In this document: positions 36,201-43,743 of the stretch, one piece after another | Layout: each line of letters opens with the position of its first letter | How positions within the stretch are numbered: the stretch's first letter is position 1 | Virus record (IMG/VR): IMGVR_UViG_3300043410_001129 | Location: 1-60,762 of that record | Source: a virus | Taxonomy: Duplodnaviria > Caudoviricetes | DNA: 60,762 bases | Strand: one strand, 5' to 3' | Made by a program: the position numbers and the translations under genes | The notes under the pieces: model-generated | Told to the model about the DNA's origin: nothing | Database searches by the model: none | What the model saw: the letters and a program-made list of their open reading frames with translations, nothing else

Positions 36201-39200
36201 TGGCCGCGTCGAACTCGCCGGTGTCCTTGTAGAACTGGCGGGTGAAGTCCAGGAAGTCTGCGCGGTCCTTGAAGGACAGTAGGTTGAAGTAGCCCCAGTG
36301 GCCAAGTTCGTGAGCGAAGACGCTGAAGGACGGGATCGACTGGACGAGCTTGCGTGCCTCGGGGTTGACGCGCATTGCGTTGGTCAGCGGGTCGTAGTTA
36401 CCCGCAAGCCCAGCCTCTGCCCCGCTACGGATGATGGGAGCGCGGTCGAAGGCCACGTTCAGACGGCGCAGAGCGTTCTCAGCTGCGGTGAAGGCGGCAG
36501 GGTTGTTGTCGAAGAGAGCCTTGAGCTGGGTGACGGCTTCCTTGCGGGACTCCATCGGGAGCAGCATCGTGTCGGGGAAGACTTCGGCCAGCTTCTGGTA
36601 GTGAGCGATGCGGGTCTCGAGGTCCGTGATGGTGGCAGGACGAGTGCCTTCCATCTGGATGAAGTCTTTCCAGAGGTCGCCATAGGTCGTGGTCTTGCCG
36701 TCGAAGTCGACGGTCTTCGACATCATGTCGTCGAGTTTGGCCGGACCTTCGATGGTGGACTTCGGCGCCTCGGTGCCGTTGGTGAACGCACGCTTTTCGG
36801 CAGCCACGTTGTTGCGGGCTTCAGCGGGGATGAAACCCTTTTCCCACTCAGCGTCGGACTTACCTTGCAGGATTTTATAGTAGTCCTCGAGGGTGCGGTC
36901 GGCACGCAGCTGGTTGGGGTTGAGCGGACGCACTTCGACGATGTCGCCCTTGGCGTTGCGACGCACGAGTGCGGGCAACTGGTTCTTGGGCAGGTCAGGT
37001 GCGGGCAGATCGGGGGTCGGAGGAAGGGTCTTACCCTTGAACTCGGCCAGCTTCTGGAGCAGGGCAGCGTTGCCACCTTCGCGCTTTGCGGCGCGAAGCG
37101 CGTCGATCTGTTCCTTGCTCAGGCCAGGAGTGGTGGACTCGGCGATTGCAGTTTCGATCTTGGCGATAGGTGCGGTCGGAGCGACGGCTTTCTTTTCGGC
37201 AGCGCGTGCTTCGGCACCGGCTGCGATGGATTTGCTCAGCTCTTCGTGCTTCGCCTTCAGGGTGTCCATCTTCTTGATGGTGCCCTTGTAGGCGTTGAAC
37301 GCATCCCTGCCGGTCTCGGAAAGGGCAGACGCTCCCTTGGGGTTGCGCATCAGCGCAATCACAGCGTCCATGGAGCCAAGTTCATTGGCGAGGATGCCGA
37401 CGTTCAGGCGGCGGAAGTTGTCGAGGGACTGGATGTCTTTCTCGTAATTGGCGAGAGTCGTCTGCTGGCCTGCGATACGGAGGCGTTCGACTTCCTGGGC
37501 AACGCCTGCGGCGCCTTCAGGTTTTGCAGCGGGCGCTTCACCAGTCTTGGCGCGTTCGGCAGAAGCCAATGCGTCGGCGATGGCCTGCGGGTCGTCCTTC
37601 AGGGAGCGGACGGCGCTGCTGGTCTGGGTAGTGTCGAACAGAGGGGCGACGCTGCGCTCAGACTTGAGGACGTCCATGCCAGGCTTGCCAAGCACGGAGG
37701 CTTGGGCCAGCTCGCCGGATGCTTTGGTGACACCGGTTTCGTGGCGCTTGACGATTTCTGAGATGGTGTCGAACAGGCTTTCGGCGAGTCTGACTTTGTC
37801 AGCTGACTCCAAGAGAGCGTCGCCGATCTTCGAAGCGAAGGTTGGGACAACCTTTTCGATCTCGGCAAGGACGGCATTTTTGGCATCGGTAGGCAGACCA
37901 GACGCCAAATCGTTCACAGTCGCACGAGCGGCCTGGAGGATGCGCGACTCGTTGTCGGCATACATCTTGAAGATGCCGTCGTTGCTGTCGGTGTTCGACG
38001 AGCGCAGGAGGTCTTCGATCAGCGCACGCTCTTCGTCGCTGGAACCAAAATGTTCGGCGACGCGGTTCGCTGTTTCTTTTGCCTGTGCGGCGTTCTTGGC
38101 TTCTTCGATTCTGGCCTTGAGTTCCTTGACGCCTTCGTCAGTGCGCCAGTCGATGCCGTCCTTCTTGAGGAGTCGGCCTGCGAGCTGCGGAGTCTGACCG
38201 GTGGCTTCCTGGTATTGCTGCCAGGTGGCGGCACGCTCTTCGTTGGTGAAGAGCTGCTTGGGAGTTTCGCCGTCGCCACGCATTGGGGTGGTGGCAGACG
38301 CGGCTTCGGTGTCGATGCCTTCGGGGGCGAGGTTCTCGCGGCGACCAGCGGCCAAGAGTTCGCTGTTACCGCCTGCCGGGACGTCGCCTTCGGTGGGGAA
38401 GCGGTCAGTGGCAGTGCGCTCTGGATCGAAGATGCCAGCCTCGGACTGGCTGTTCGGGGTGACTTCGCCGATCTTCTGCTGGCCTGCACCGACGTTCTCG
38501 CCGGGAGTGGCGAGGTCTGAGCGGGCCTGGTTGTCTTCGAGGCGAGGTGCGTTGGCGCGTTCGGAGCGTGCGCGTTCAGCGGAGGAGACAACGTCGGCGA
38601 CGGTCTGGTCGTTGGCGACAGACTGAAGGCCAAGGCTGTTGATCTGACGGTCGATCTCGAGGGCGGCGTTGCGCTGCTCGCGTGCCTTGGCGTCCTTGCC
38701 TTCGGCTGCGGCTGCGCGAGCCGCTTCTTCAGCGGCTTGCTTTTTGGCCAGCAGGTCTTCCGTCTGCTGGATGATCTGCATCTGCTCTTCGAGGACGCGC
38801 TTGCGCTCGGCAGCGATGGCTTCATCCTCGGGGTCGTGGAAGTCCTTACGGACGAAACGCTCGTCGAGGTTTTTCAGTTCGTCGTTGATGTTCTTGAGAG
38901 CTTCGGCCTGCGGCGACTGGAAGACGGAGTCTGCGCGTGCAGCCGTCTGGGCAGCAACGGTCGCTTCCTGGGCGGCCTGCTCTGCGCCAGGGAGAGTGTC
39001 CTTGACGCCAATCTTCTCGACCCACTGCGGGCCGTGCGCTTCAACGAGTGCGTCGTAAGCGGCCTTATAGGCGGCTGGGTCTTTTGCTTCGACTGCGGAT
39101 GCGAGGTCGCGACCGAGGCGGGAGCCACGCAGGGCTTCAGGGATCGCCATGGCTCCGCCGATGGTGCCACCGAGAACACCGCCGATGAGTGCGCCACCGA

Positions 39201-39816
39201 CTGCCTCGCTGAGGCTGACGCTGTCGCGCATACCGGCAGTCTTCTGGGTCTGCTGGATGGCGAGGTCTTGACCAAACTGGATGCCTGCGTTGAGGGCGGC
39301 TTCCTTGGCGGCAGTCGAGGTGATGGCGCTGACAGCTGGGCGTGCGGCGCCCTGAATGGCGGCTTCGGCGGCAACCTTGCCTGCACCAAAGCCAAGCAGG
39401 TTGACGGGGTCTGCGACGCCTGCGGCGATGTATTGCGGGATGGCAGCAGCTGCGCCGCGTCCGCCTTCTTCATAGAAGTTCGGGAGCTTTTCGTAGGCAG
39501 CGGCAATGCGGGAGTAGCGCTGAAGCTGGTCAGGCCCCATGCCAAGCACGTCTGCCAGGTCTTTACCGACCGAGATCGTGTTGGTGTTGCGCCAGGTGCG
39601 GTCACCGTAGAAGTAGTCGATGGCTTCCTGATCGGAGCCAAACGTCTTGCCGTCGCGACCGTAGTAGAAGTTCTTGATGTCGCGGATGAACCGGCCATCA
39701 CTCAGGATTTGAGTGGGAGCGAGGTGGTCAAGGTAGTTGGATTGGAGGTTCTGATTGGGGGAAGTGCTGAGCGAACCAGCGTCTTCAGCTTGCTTAATGT
39801 AATAATCGAGAGACAT
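30208..39816 (-). CDS. 3202-aa polyvalent internal virion / ejection protein (two HExxH metallopeptidase-like domains and an ADP-ribosyltransferase-like domain)
   Basis: HELGH..ELFA, HEAGH..EEYIA and WHGT...GSFGYGFYTT...LGYDGL...IVAF motifs. Last gene of the ejection-protein block. Confidence 0.8.
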   Translation of the reverse strand: MSLDYYIKQAEDAGSLSTSPNQNLQSNYLDHLAPTQILSDGRFIRDIKNFYYGRDGKTFGSDQEAIDYFYGDRTWRNTNTISVGKDLADVLGMGPDQLQRYSRIAAAYEKLPNFYEEGGRGAAAAIPQYIAAGVADPVNLLGFGAGKVAAEAAIQGAARPAVSAITSTAAKEAALNAGIQFGQDLAIQQTQKTAGMRDSVSLSEAVGGALIGGVLGGTIGGAMAIPEALRGSRLGRDLASAVEAKDPAAYKAAYDALVEAHGPQWVEKIGVKDTLPGAEQAAQEATVAAQTAARADSVFQSPQAEALKNINDELKNLDERFVRKDFHDPEDEAIAAERKRVLEEQMQIIQQTEDLLAKKQAAEEAARAAAAEGKDAKAREQRNAALEIDRQINSLGLQSVANDQTVADVVSSAERARSERANAPRLEDNQARSDLATPGENVGAGQQKIGEVTPNSQSEAGIFDPERTATDRFPTEGDVPAGGNSELLAAGRRENLAPEGIDTEAASATTPMRGDGETPKQLFTNEERAATWQQYQEATGQTPQLAGRLLKKDGIDWRTDEGVKELKARIEEAKNAAQAKETANRVAEHFGSSDEERALIEDLLRSSNTDSNDGIFKMYADNESRILQAARATVNDLASGLPTDAKNAVLAEIEKVVPTFASKIGDALLESADKVRLAESLFDTISEIVKRHETGVTKASGELAQASVLGKPGMDVLKSERSVAPLFDTTQTSSAVRSLKDDPQAIADALASAERAKTGEAPAAKPEGAAGVAQEVERLRIAGQQTTLANYEKDIQSLDNFRRLNVGILANELGSMDAVIALMRNPKGASALSETGRDAFNAYKGTIKKMDTLKAKHEELSKSIAAGAEARAAEKKAVAPTAPIAKIETAIAESTTPGLSKEQIDALRAAKREGGNAALLQKLAEFKGKTLPPTPDLPAPDLPKNQLPALVRRNAKGDIVEVRPLNPNQLRADRTLEDYYKILQGKSDAEWEKGFIPAEARNNVAAEKRAFTNGTEAPKSTIEGPAKLDDMMSKTVDFDGKTTTYGDLWKDFIQMEGTRPATITDLETRIAHYQKLAEVFPDTMLLPMESRKEAVTQLKALFDNNPAAFTAAENALRRLNVAFDRAPIIRSGAEAGLAGNYDPLTNAMRVNPEARKLVQSIPSFSVFAHELGHWGYFNLLSFKDRADFLDFTRQFYKDTGEFDAAKLSKFLKGRDVVPGVFDNPQELFANLFMSFVDREDVTPFRTHSGLWGGIAERFANVIKAFKDPWQAPGEIVHLFQKIIPDEDIANRWAVDYIQPREAGLTGKKLKNAELTQGQMRRVAQRAEELDRGLNSADPVAALEAINDAQQLMFVLTKYNNTSWLFPRAAGHEPVTDRLRQIRTAIREAHEFYQAYKTGAAETELDKLIAEQYRDMELGNLITDPITAQAESRISGMQIIDMTHIAAGGLDNPEFMMEAYRVGNKLSNAYADYINLLESAYQRQTGYKILPKNPLMPERTGSEASRRYAGLDKARRAAKTEQAKADVLAERAVNKPATPKEKAERTVSRAESGAKRATAVDSMSPAKLSGMDLLAQFRQEGPSTVRGIELANELADRYRAKFETPNVKIDPETAALPDAELRSRLHKAIASADRAQADLYSAALSQRRDLGSLLDLYESRIGKAVETEITHRDGTTLEVGIPANAPESWKALLRPINHNNPEVERNARTLAYRVLNLLNDEAKMHVGEAEVLPIGTLYKMAGKEIPANANAVFADLSDPVFKELRSTVRRLAIGLRENANPFDVVHEAGHLLSRTMLSEEDRKIMVDAFAIAKDKIAATVRNEYADLSFEKQAEEYIAQSIAMHLAERVARGDLMELHVSGSLEGIRLKTGIERIFDNVKEALAYLFNRLIGNKDMRQVMRQLTWYGDMFGRTTSATRDIGLESILSGAPMMSLETDLRKVLRQMDPEQLARLKNHHSFYTQDGEIIQLWHGTPAGGLMRDGETVVMFTPNGAGSFGYGFYTTESFKHAIEFARQGTSTASRNLDFELRSLKLSDNELANVKSMMRQRDDIVSQLSDMAGWLEQSKGMKSVDIGTGLVNKAETTWVKKQVKELESEYARLNADLGKYKLDSRTFPISMNAEKVFDFRTGTDHIIGHQDVDGLADHHIQQLIDKMVEKGWTDPGFERSIMGDIDENGFVRTTGLQLYDALIQEISDVTGVGNRMYGGEITYTKTAEDMITDLLRELGYDGLRTTDTHPINGAGVPHDIIVAFETPAQVKHMLEATEYSRSSDGFYKSVIPNGDTPKMSLNGALFDAAMNSDEPFSASRFGNVMSSWVEAGGGSSKMADLLRKIARKDVKAAEGLKEFSAPVQLRSNSDRLREFAGARWLADWIAPEHGTGYYERHHADTSKHLNPIVQQLHNLPDAKGALGDWLRKVSDLTVGITHQQHITPDSHKRIASALRRGDEAIRRLAPEEQQAAEALKGFFSHYRERLLNDANIRVGTIGDYFPQHWDVEAMHRNPSGVIEGLANHFQRDALKDEMREPLSRAEAVSRAEKVFARLTDDDGVVHAPVAGGSRAPVMDHEMSRMIRLDRDREALRELEPFLNSDITAIVTKYADTAEKRIAFAKQFGHNNHGYYDYVQVATFGDSAGRTLLNTRKILTNTSKAIGPENEVMREITHETVMIPMNEMQAGTAINAARKRLAEGGTAQDAFDAIMSVRKQSGITDVDGGKTFEKRAMAIAQAMADMPNGITRSELDHMQATFRAIQNKRVYTGVGQEGAYAVSRGLRNFNSATLLPFTVLTSISDLSMPAIRSGSMKATYKALKSYATDPTYRDAIRNIGVTIENLIHERYASLYGGQAAGVFDGRRTNAFFNASLLTPWTNMQREIAGIHGYYAMQAMIEKAQQNYRADSVSQNRSFRQAKRFLDHYGLGDYATDPAKSFGDLTQVQHNDDVRAAIIKFANESIFTPNPNDVPVWAQTPWGMLAWQLKSFPLMMSKLGGTVLKEAKEGNVAPLAMMLSLGAGSGMGAIYMKDVIQGRGGDEKGTGEFAPRVRSYQKIAEQFGFKGKTPGTVNVMGTNVDLDTFLGWYIDGFMSMGGFGLFSDMLFQVGESLDNGQYGMNRAASFVLGPTWGLAQSAFETAGGIEHALIGEDGTNYRERSAVRDVASRVPFAGQVKPFRENVTNYVAGERANSSASNRMNAKGGGFGGGFGGGFGGGFSGS

Positions 39817-39854
39817 TTTTCCTCACTCGCGGGAATGGCCATCCACGTCAGGCC

Positions 39855-39885
39855 AAAATACGAGTGGGAAGGGGGACGGTCGTCC
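39855..39885 (-). promoter_or_regulatory. GGACGAC-N18-TATTTT promoter for the giant gene
   Basis: Repeated motif, embedded in the hairpin AAGGGGGACG-GT-CGTCCCCCTT. Confidence 0.65.
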
Positions 39886-39891
39886 CCCTTA

Positions 39892-42186
39892 TTAGCGTTG
39901 TGCCTGAAGGTCTTGTAGATGCCGCTTTGCGTAACCGACTGGGTCTTGCTTGAACAATTCGATTTCGCCTGGATAGTTCTTGAAGTAGGTGAGTGCGCCT
40001 GGGCTGGTCGCAAACTTCTGCACGATTGCAGCGTCTGCTCGCTGCTGCGGAGTGTTGAACAGGTAGCCCATCGGGGACGCCACCATGCCAGCCTGACCGC
40101 CAATCTGCTGAAGGACTTGCGATGCGGTGAGTTCGCGACCGGAGTCGCTGATCCAACGCGACAGGTCTTGGCGAGCGGCGGAGACAGTCGGGTCCGTCTG
40201 AACTTGCGGAGCGGCTGCTGTTTCTGGGCGGAAGCCACCAGCGTCGCGAGTCTGCTCTGCCTGGATGCGACGACGCTCGAGGTCTGCGCCTGCGCCAGGG
40301 TTCTTGATGTCGAAAGTGCCGAGGCGCTGAACCAGCTCTGCTCTGGTCCTGGTGAGGCCGTCGATGAAACCTTCGAACTTTTGGGCGCCTTCTGGCGTGA
40401 GGTTCAGCATCGAGCTGTCCCTCATGCGCAGCATCGCATTGATCTTGGTGATCTGCGCGTCGATGTCAGCGATGATCCCAGGAATAATTCTGGTCTTGAA
40501 GTCTGCTGGAGTCTGTTTTCCAAGGGCAGACATGTCGCCTTCCTTGTATCGGTCGGCGATGTCAATGACCGAAGCGTAGGCAGTGGAAATGCGTCCCATG
40601 GTGGAATAGAGTTCGGAGACAGTCTTCTTCTGGTCGATTGGGTTCTTGTAGAGCTGCTGTTCTTTGACGATGGCCTGCTGGGCGTTGGGCAGTGCGGCTG
40701 TCACGGCGTCGACAATGTCGCCGTCGTTCGTGCTGCTGTTCTTCGAGATGGCGGCGCGGACTGCGCCTTCGATCTGGCCAACGGTTGCGTCGACATTGCG
40801 GGCTGCAACCAATTTACCAACCGCATAGATGCGCTGTAGTTTTTTGTCGTCCTTGTGAATTTCTTCGAGGTCGGCAAAACTTTTGATGTTGGTCTGCGTC
40901 TGCGTGGCCATGCGGTCCTGGAGGACTTTGATGTTCTGCTCCATGTCCTTGCCGAGCGAGTCGCGAGCCAATGCGACCTTGCCCTGCATGAACTCCGTGA
41001 CGAGCGCATTGATGCGGTCTTCTGGGAGCTTGAGGCCGGGGGTGTTCTGGATGACCAACTTGATTGCTTCGGGCTTTTCGTCGGCGACGTAGCCAGCGAT
41101 GAGCGCGTTCTTGGCAGGGTTGAGCGAGTCGCGCAGCGCCTGTTCGCGCTGGATGTAGACGCCATTCCGGCCCGAACGCCACTGACCAAGGATCGCGTCG
41201 GTCATGCCCTGCGACATATTCTGACCGGAGAGCGCACGGCGGACTTCGTCTTCCGAGTCGAGGTTGGCCATGGAGTCGGCAACAGACTTCGCCTTCGTGG
41301 TTTGTTCCACGTTGGCGGTGTCTTGCTTTTCGATGGCAGCCTTGCGACGCAGCTCGAGTTCGCTACGGAGCTGTTCCTTCTCGTCGATGGTCAGTTTGAG
41401 CTGGCGCTTCTTGGCGTAGCCTTCGACGTAGTCGCCGAGGTTCTGATTGGGATCGAGCAGGATGCCTTCGCTCGATGGGTCGGTGCGCATTGCATCGCCA
41501 AGGGCAATGATGTCTTTGGCGCGGACGTCATTGCGTTCTTTCTCGAGGCGGGTGCGTGCGCTCTTGGCGACGCCCTCGGAGAAGCCACGGTTCTTGAGTT
41601 CGGCCTCGATTGCGTCTGGGGAGAGGTCTGTGCCTGCATAGATTTTGGATGCGGCGTCGACGTCCTCCTGCTCCTTCTTGAGTTTGTTGAGGCGGTGTTC
41701 CTTGAGGCGACCGGTGTAGTCGATGCTGTCGGCGAGTTCGCCGATCTGGCCGTCGACCGGGACGCCGGATGAGCCAAGTGATTTCTTCACGCGCTGACGG
41801 ATGTCGTCCGGCGAGTCGTTCTCACCGGAGGCGTTGAGGGCCTGGGTGACTGCGGAGTCGACGAAGTTGCGGTAGGTGTCCTGGGTCTTGATCTGATCCT
41901 GGATCAGGCCGAGGCGGTCCTTCTCCTGCTGGAGTTTGAGTTTGCGCTGACTCTCATCGGCGAGCTGCTGGAGCGCCTGGTCGCTGTAGCCAGGTCCGCG
42001 CAGGAACCGGTCGGGTGAGACCTGATTGAGGAAGTCCTGATACTGCTCGAAGGTCGCAGTAGGGTTCTGCTGCTGATAGCGCAGGAAGAGTTCCGCCGTC
42101 TTCTGGCGTTGGCCAAGCAGATTGTTCTGCGAGTCCTGGAAACCCTGAGCGAAGCCGCCGCCGAAAATGCCGCCGATGTCAACCAT
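39892..42186 (-). CDS. Putative internal virion / ejection protein (764 aa)
   Basis: Helical and Gln-rich with a GGIFGGGFAQGF start. Position in the ejection block. Confidence 0.65.
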   Translation of the reverse strand: MVDIGGIFGGGFAQGFQDSQNNLLGQRQKTAELFLRYQQQNPTATFEQYQDFLNQVSPDRFLRGPGYSDQALQQLADESQRKLKLQQEKDRLGLIQDQIKTQDTYRNFVDSAVTQALNASGENDSPDDIRQRVKKSLGSSGVPVDGQIGELADSIDYTGRLKEHRLNKLKKEQEDVDAASKIYAGTDLSPDAIEAELKNRGFSEGVAKSARTRLEKERNDVRAKDIIALGDAMRTDPSSEGILLDPNQNLGDYVEGYAKKRQLKLTIDEKEQLRSELELRRKAAIEKQDTANVEQTTKAKSVADSMANLDSEDEVRRALSGQNMSQGMTDAILGQWRSGRNGVYIQREQALRDSLNPAKNALIAGYVADEKPEAIKLVIQNTPGLKLPEDRINALVTEFMQGKVALARDSLGKDMEQNIKVLQDRMATQTQTNIKSFADLEEIHKDDKKLQRIYAVGKLVAARNVDATVGQIEGAVRAAISKNSSTNDGDIVDAVTAALPNAQQAIVKEQQLYKNPIDQKKTVSELYSTMGRISTAYASVIDIADRYKEGDMSALGKQTPADFKTRIIPGIIADIDAQITKINAMLRMRDSSMLNLTPEGAQKFEGFIDGLTRTRAELVQRLGTFDIKNPGAGADLERRRIQAEQTRDAGGFRPETAAAPQVQTDPTVSAARQDLSRWISDSGRELTASQVLQQIGGQAGMVASPMGYLFNTPQQRADAAIVQKFATSPGALTYFKNYPGEIELFKQDPVGYAKRHLQDLQAQR

Positions 42187-42195
42187 TGTGTCCTC

Positions 42196-43731
42196 TTAGG
42201 GCATGAAGGGGCCTTGGCCGGTGTAACCGCCAGAGCCAAATGCGTATGGTGAACTGGCGGACTGGGCGAAGTTGTTGTCCTTGCTGTTCCACCAGTTGTC
42301 GAGGGCGCCTCCGACGCGATTGGAAAGATCGCCCACTGCGTTGCCAAAGGCTTGAGAGCGACCAAGGGCGAAGTTGCGTGCGTCGATGGCGTTGGAAGAG
42401 GCTTGGCTGTAACCGAAGTTTGTGCCGCTCAGACCGCTCATCGGGTTCTGCGGGTTGGAGACGTAGCCGCTCATGCCGCCAAGGATGCCGCTGGTGAAGT
42501 CGCGAGGACCAACGCCAGAAGACTGGAGCATAATGTTCTGGCCGTAGTCGCTGCCGAGGATGTTCAGGTTCGCAGCGTTGAAGCCGGAACCAATCGCCAT
42601 CGGAGCGCGGTAGTCGTTGGCCGATGTCACCTTCTTGTCGAAGATGCCAGTGCCCACGTTGGCGAAGGACGGGCCAACGCCAGCGTCTGCGGCGAGCTGC
42701 GGAGCAGCGCGGAGCGACTCGAGGTATGCCGTGATGGGCAGGCGGGTTTCGTTCAGGACTTGGGCGCGACGCTGGAGGTCTTTGTCGTAGTTGGCAAAGA
42801 GGGTGCCCTGGACGCCAGCCATGTATTTCAGGGCGTCGTCGGAGGCGCGTTGATAGGCTTGCTCGTAGAGAGGAGCGACCTTCTCGGCGACTTCGGAGCG
42901 GCGCGAGGCGCCGGTCGAGGAGGAGTCGACGCCACCACGGATCAGGGCTGCCTCATTCTGTGAGGAGGCGACGTTGGCGGCGCGGTCGATTGCGCGTTCG
43001 TAAAGGGCGCGGCGCTTATCGCCTTCGGCGTTGATGTCGGCAGACGTGAGCTGCGGCACCTCGCGGATGTCGCCGAGCGAAGAGAGCGCAGCCTGAGTTG
43101 CGCCGCGCAGCTCGTCCACGCCCTGATTATATTTGGACTGCTGACCAACGGTGATGGAGCGGTTGGCTTCGGCGATCTGCTGGGCGCGACGGAGTTCGTC
43201 GATCTGGAACTGGCGTTCGGAGGAGCGGGTTGCGCGGTCCTCGTAGAAGCGCTGGAGTTCCTGGTCGCGCTCGCCGGAGGCGACGGACTGGGCATACTTC
43301 AGTTCCTGAAGGGCCTGGGCGCGTTCAGACGAGGAGATATTCTGGGCACGCAGATACTGCTGGAGTTGGAAGGCACGGTTTTTGGCCGCGTCTTTGTCCA
43401 GCTCCATCTGGCGAGACATGACGTTTTCATATTCGCCGAGCTTCTGGTTGCGGTCCTGAGAGAGCAGGTTCTTACTGAACGCAGACTCCGCCCCTTTGGT
43501 GGAGCGGTCCTGGTTGTAGTAGTCAAGGCCCTGATTGTAGCGGTTGACCGAGTCACGATAGTAGTCTTCGGAGCGGCCAATCATGTAGCGATTGAACTGC
43601 TCCTGCTGCTGACGGGCATACTCGGCCATCTGCGCCTGATAGGCAGCCGTCTTCGCTGCGCTGTTGGCTGCGCTCATCGAGCCAATAGCGCCCATCGCCG
43701 ATCCGGCAAGACCCAGGATTGCTGCGAACAT
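42196..43731 (-). CDS. Putative internal virion / ejection protein (511 aa)
   Basis: Gly/Ala-rich N-terminus MFAAILGLAGSAMGAIG followed by coiled coil. Confidence 0.65.
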   Translation of the reverse strand: MFAAILGLAGSAMGAIGSMSAANSAAKTAAYQAQMAEYARQQQEQFNRYMIGRSEDYYRDSVNRYNQGLDYYNQDRSTKGAESAFSKNLLSQDRNQKLGEYENVMSRQMELDKDAAKNRAFQLQQYLRAQNISSSERAQALQELKYAQSVASGERDQELQRFYEDRATRSSERQFQIDELRRAQQIAEANRSITVGQQSKYNQGVDELRGATQAALSSLGDIREVPQLTSADINAEGDKRRALYERAIDRAANVASSQNEAALIRGGVDSSSTGASRRSEVAEKVAPLYEQAYQRASDDALKYMAGVQGTLFANYDKDLQRRAQVLNETRLPITAYLESLRAAPQLAADAGVGPSFANVGTGIFDKKVTSANDYRAPMAIGSGFNAANLNILGSDYGQNIMLQSSGVGPRDFTSGILGGMSGYVSNPQNPMSGLSGTNFGYSQASSNAIDARNFALGRSQAFGNAVGDLSNRVGGALDNWWNSKDNNFAQSASSPYAFGSGGYTGQGPFMP

Positions 43732-43743
43732 CAGGCGTTCTCC

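Noticed and set aside
36690-36715. DFDGK in the giant protein as an RNA polymerase DxDGD motif
   Set aside because: The third Asp is missing and I found no other polymerase motifs by eye. A highly divergent polymerase cannot be excluded without structure prediction.
30436-39918. Long plus-strand ORFs antisense to the giant gene (also 9143..10495 minus and 49865..51250 plus)
   Set aside because: These are shadow frames expected from high-GC codon bias, with no recognisable motifs or RBSs.
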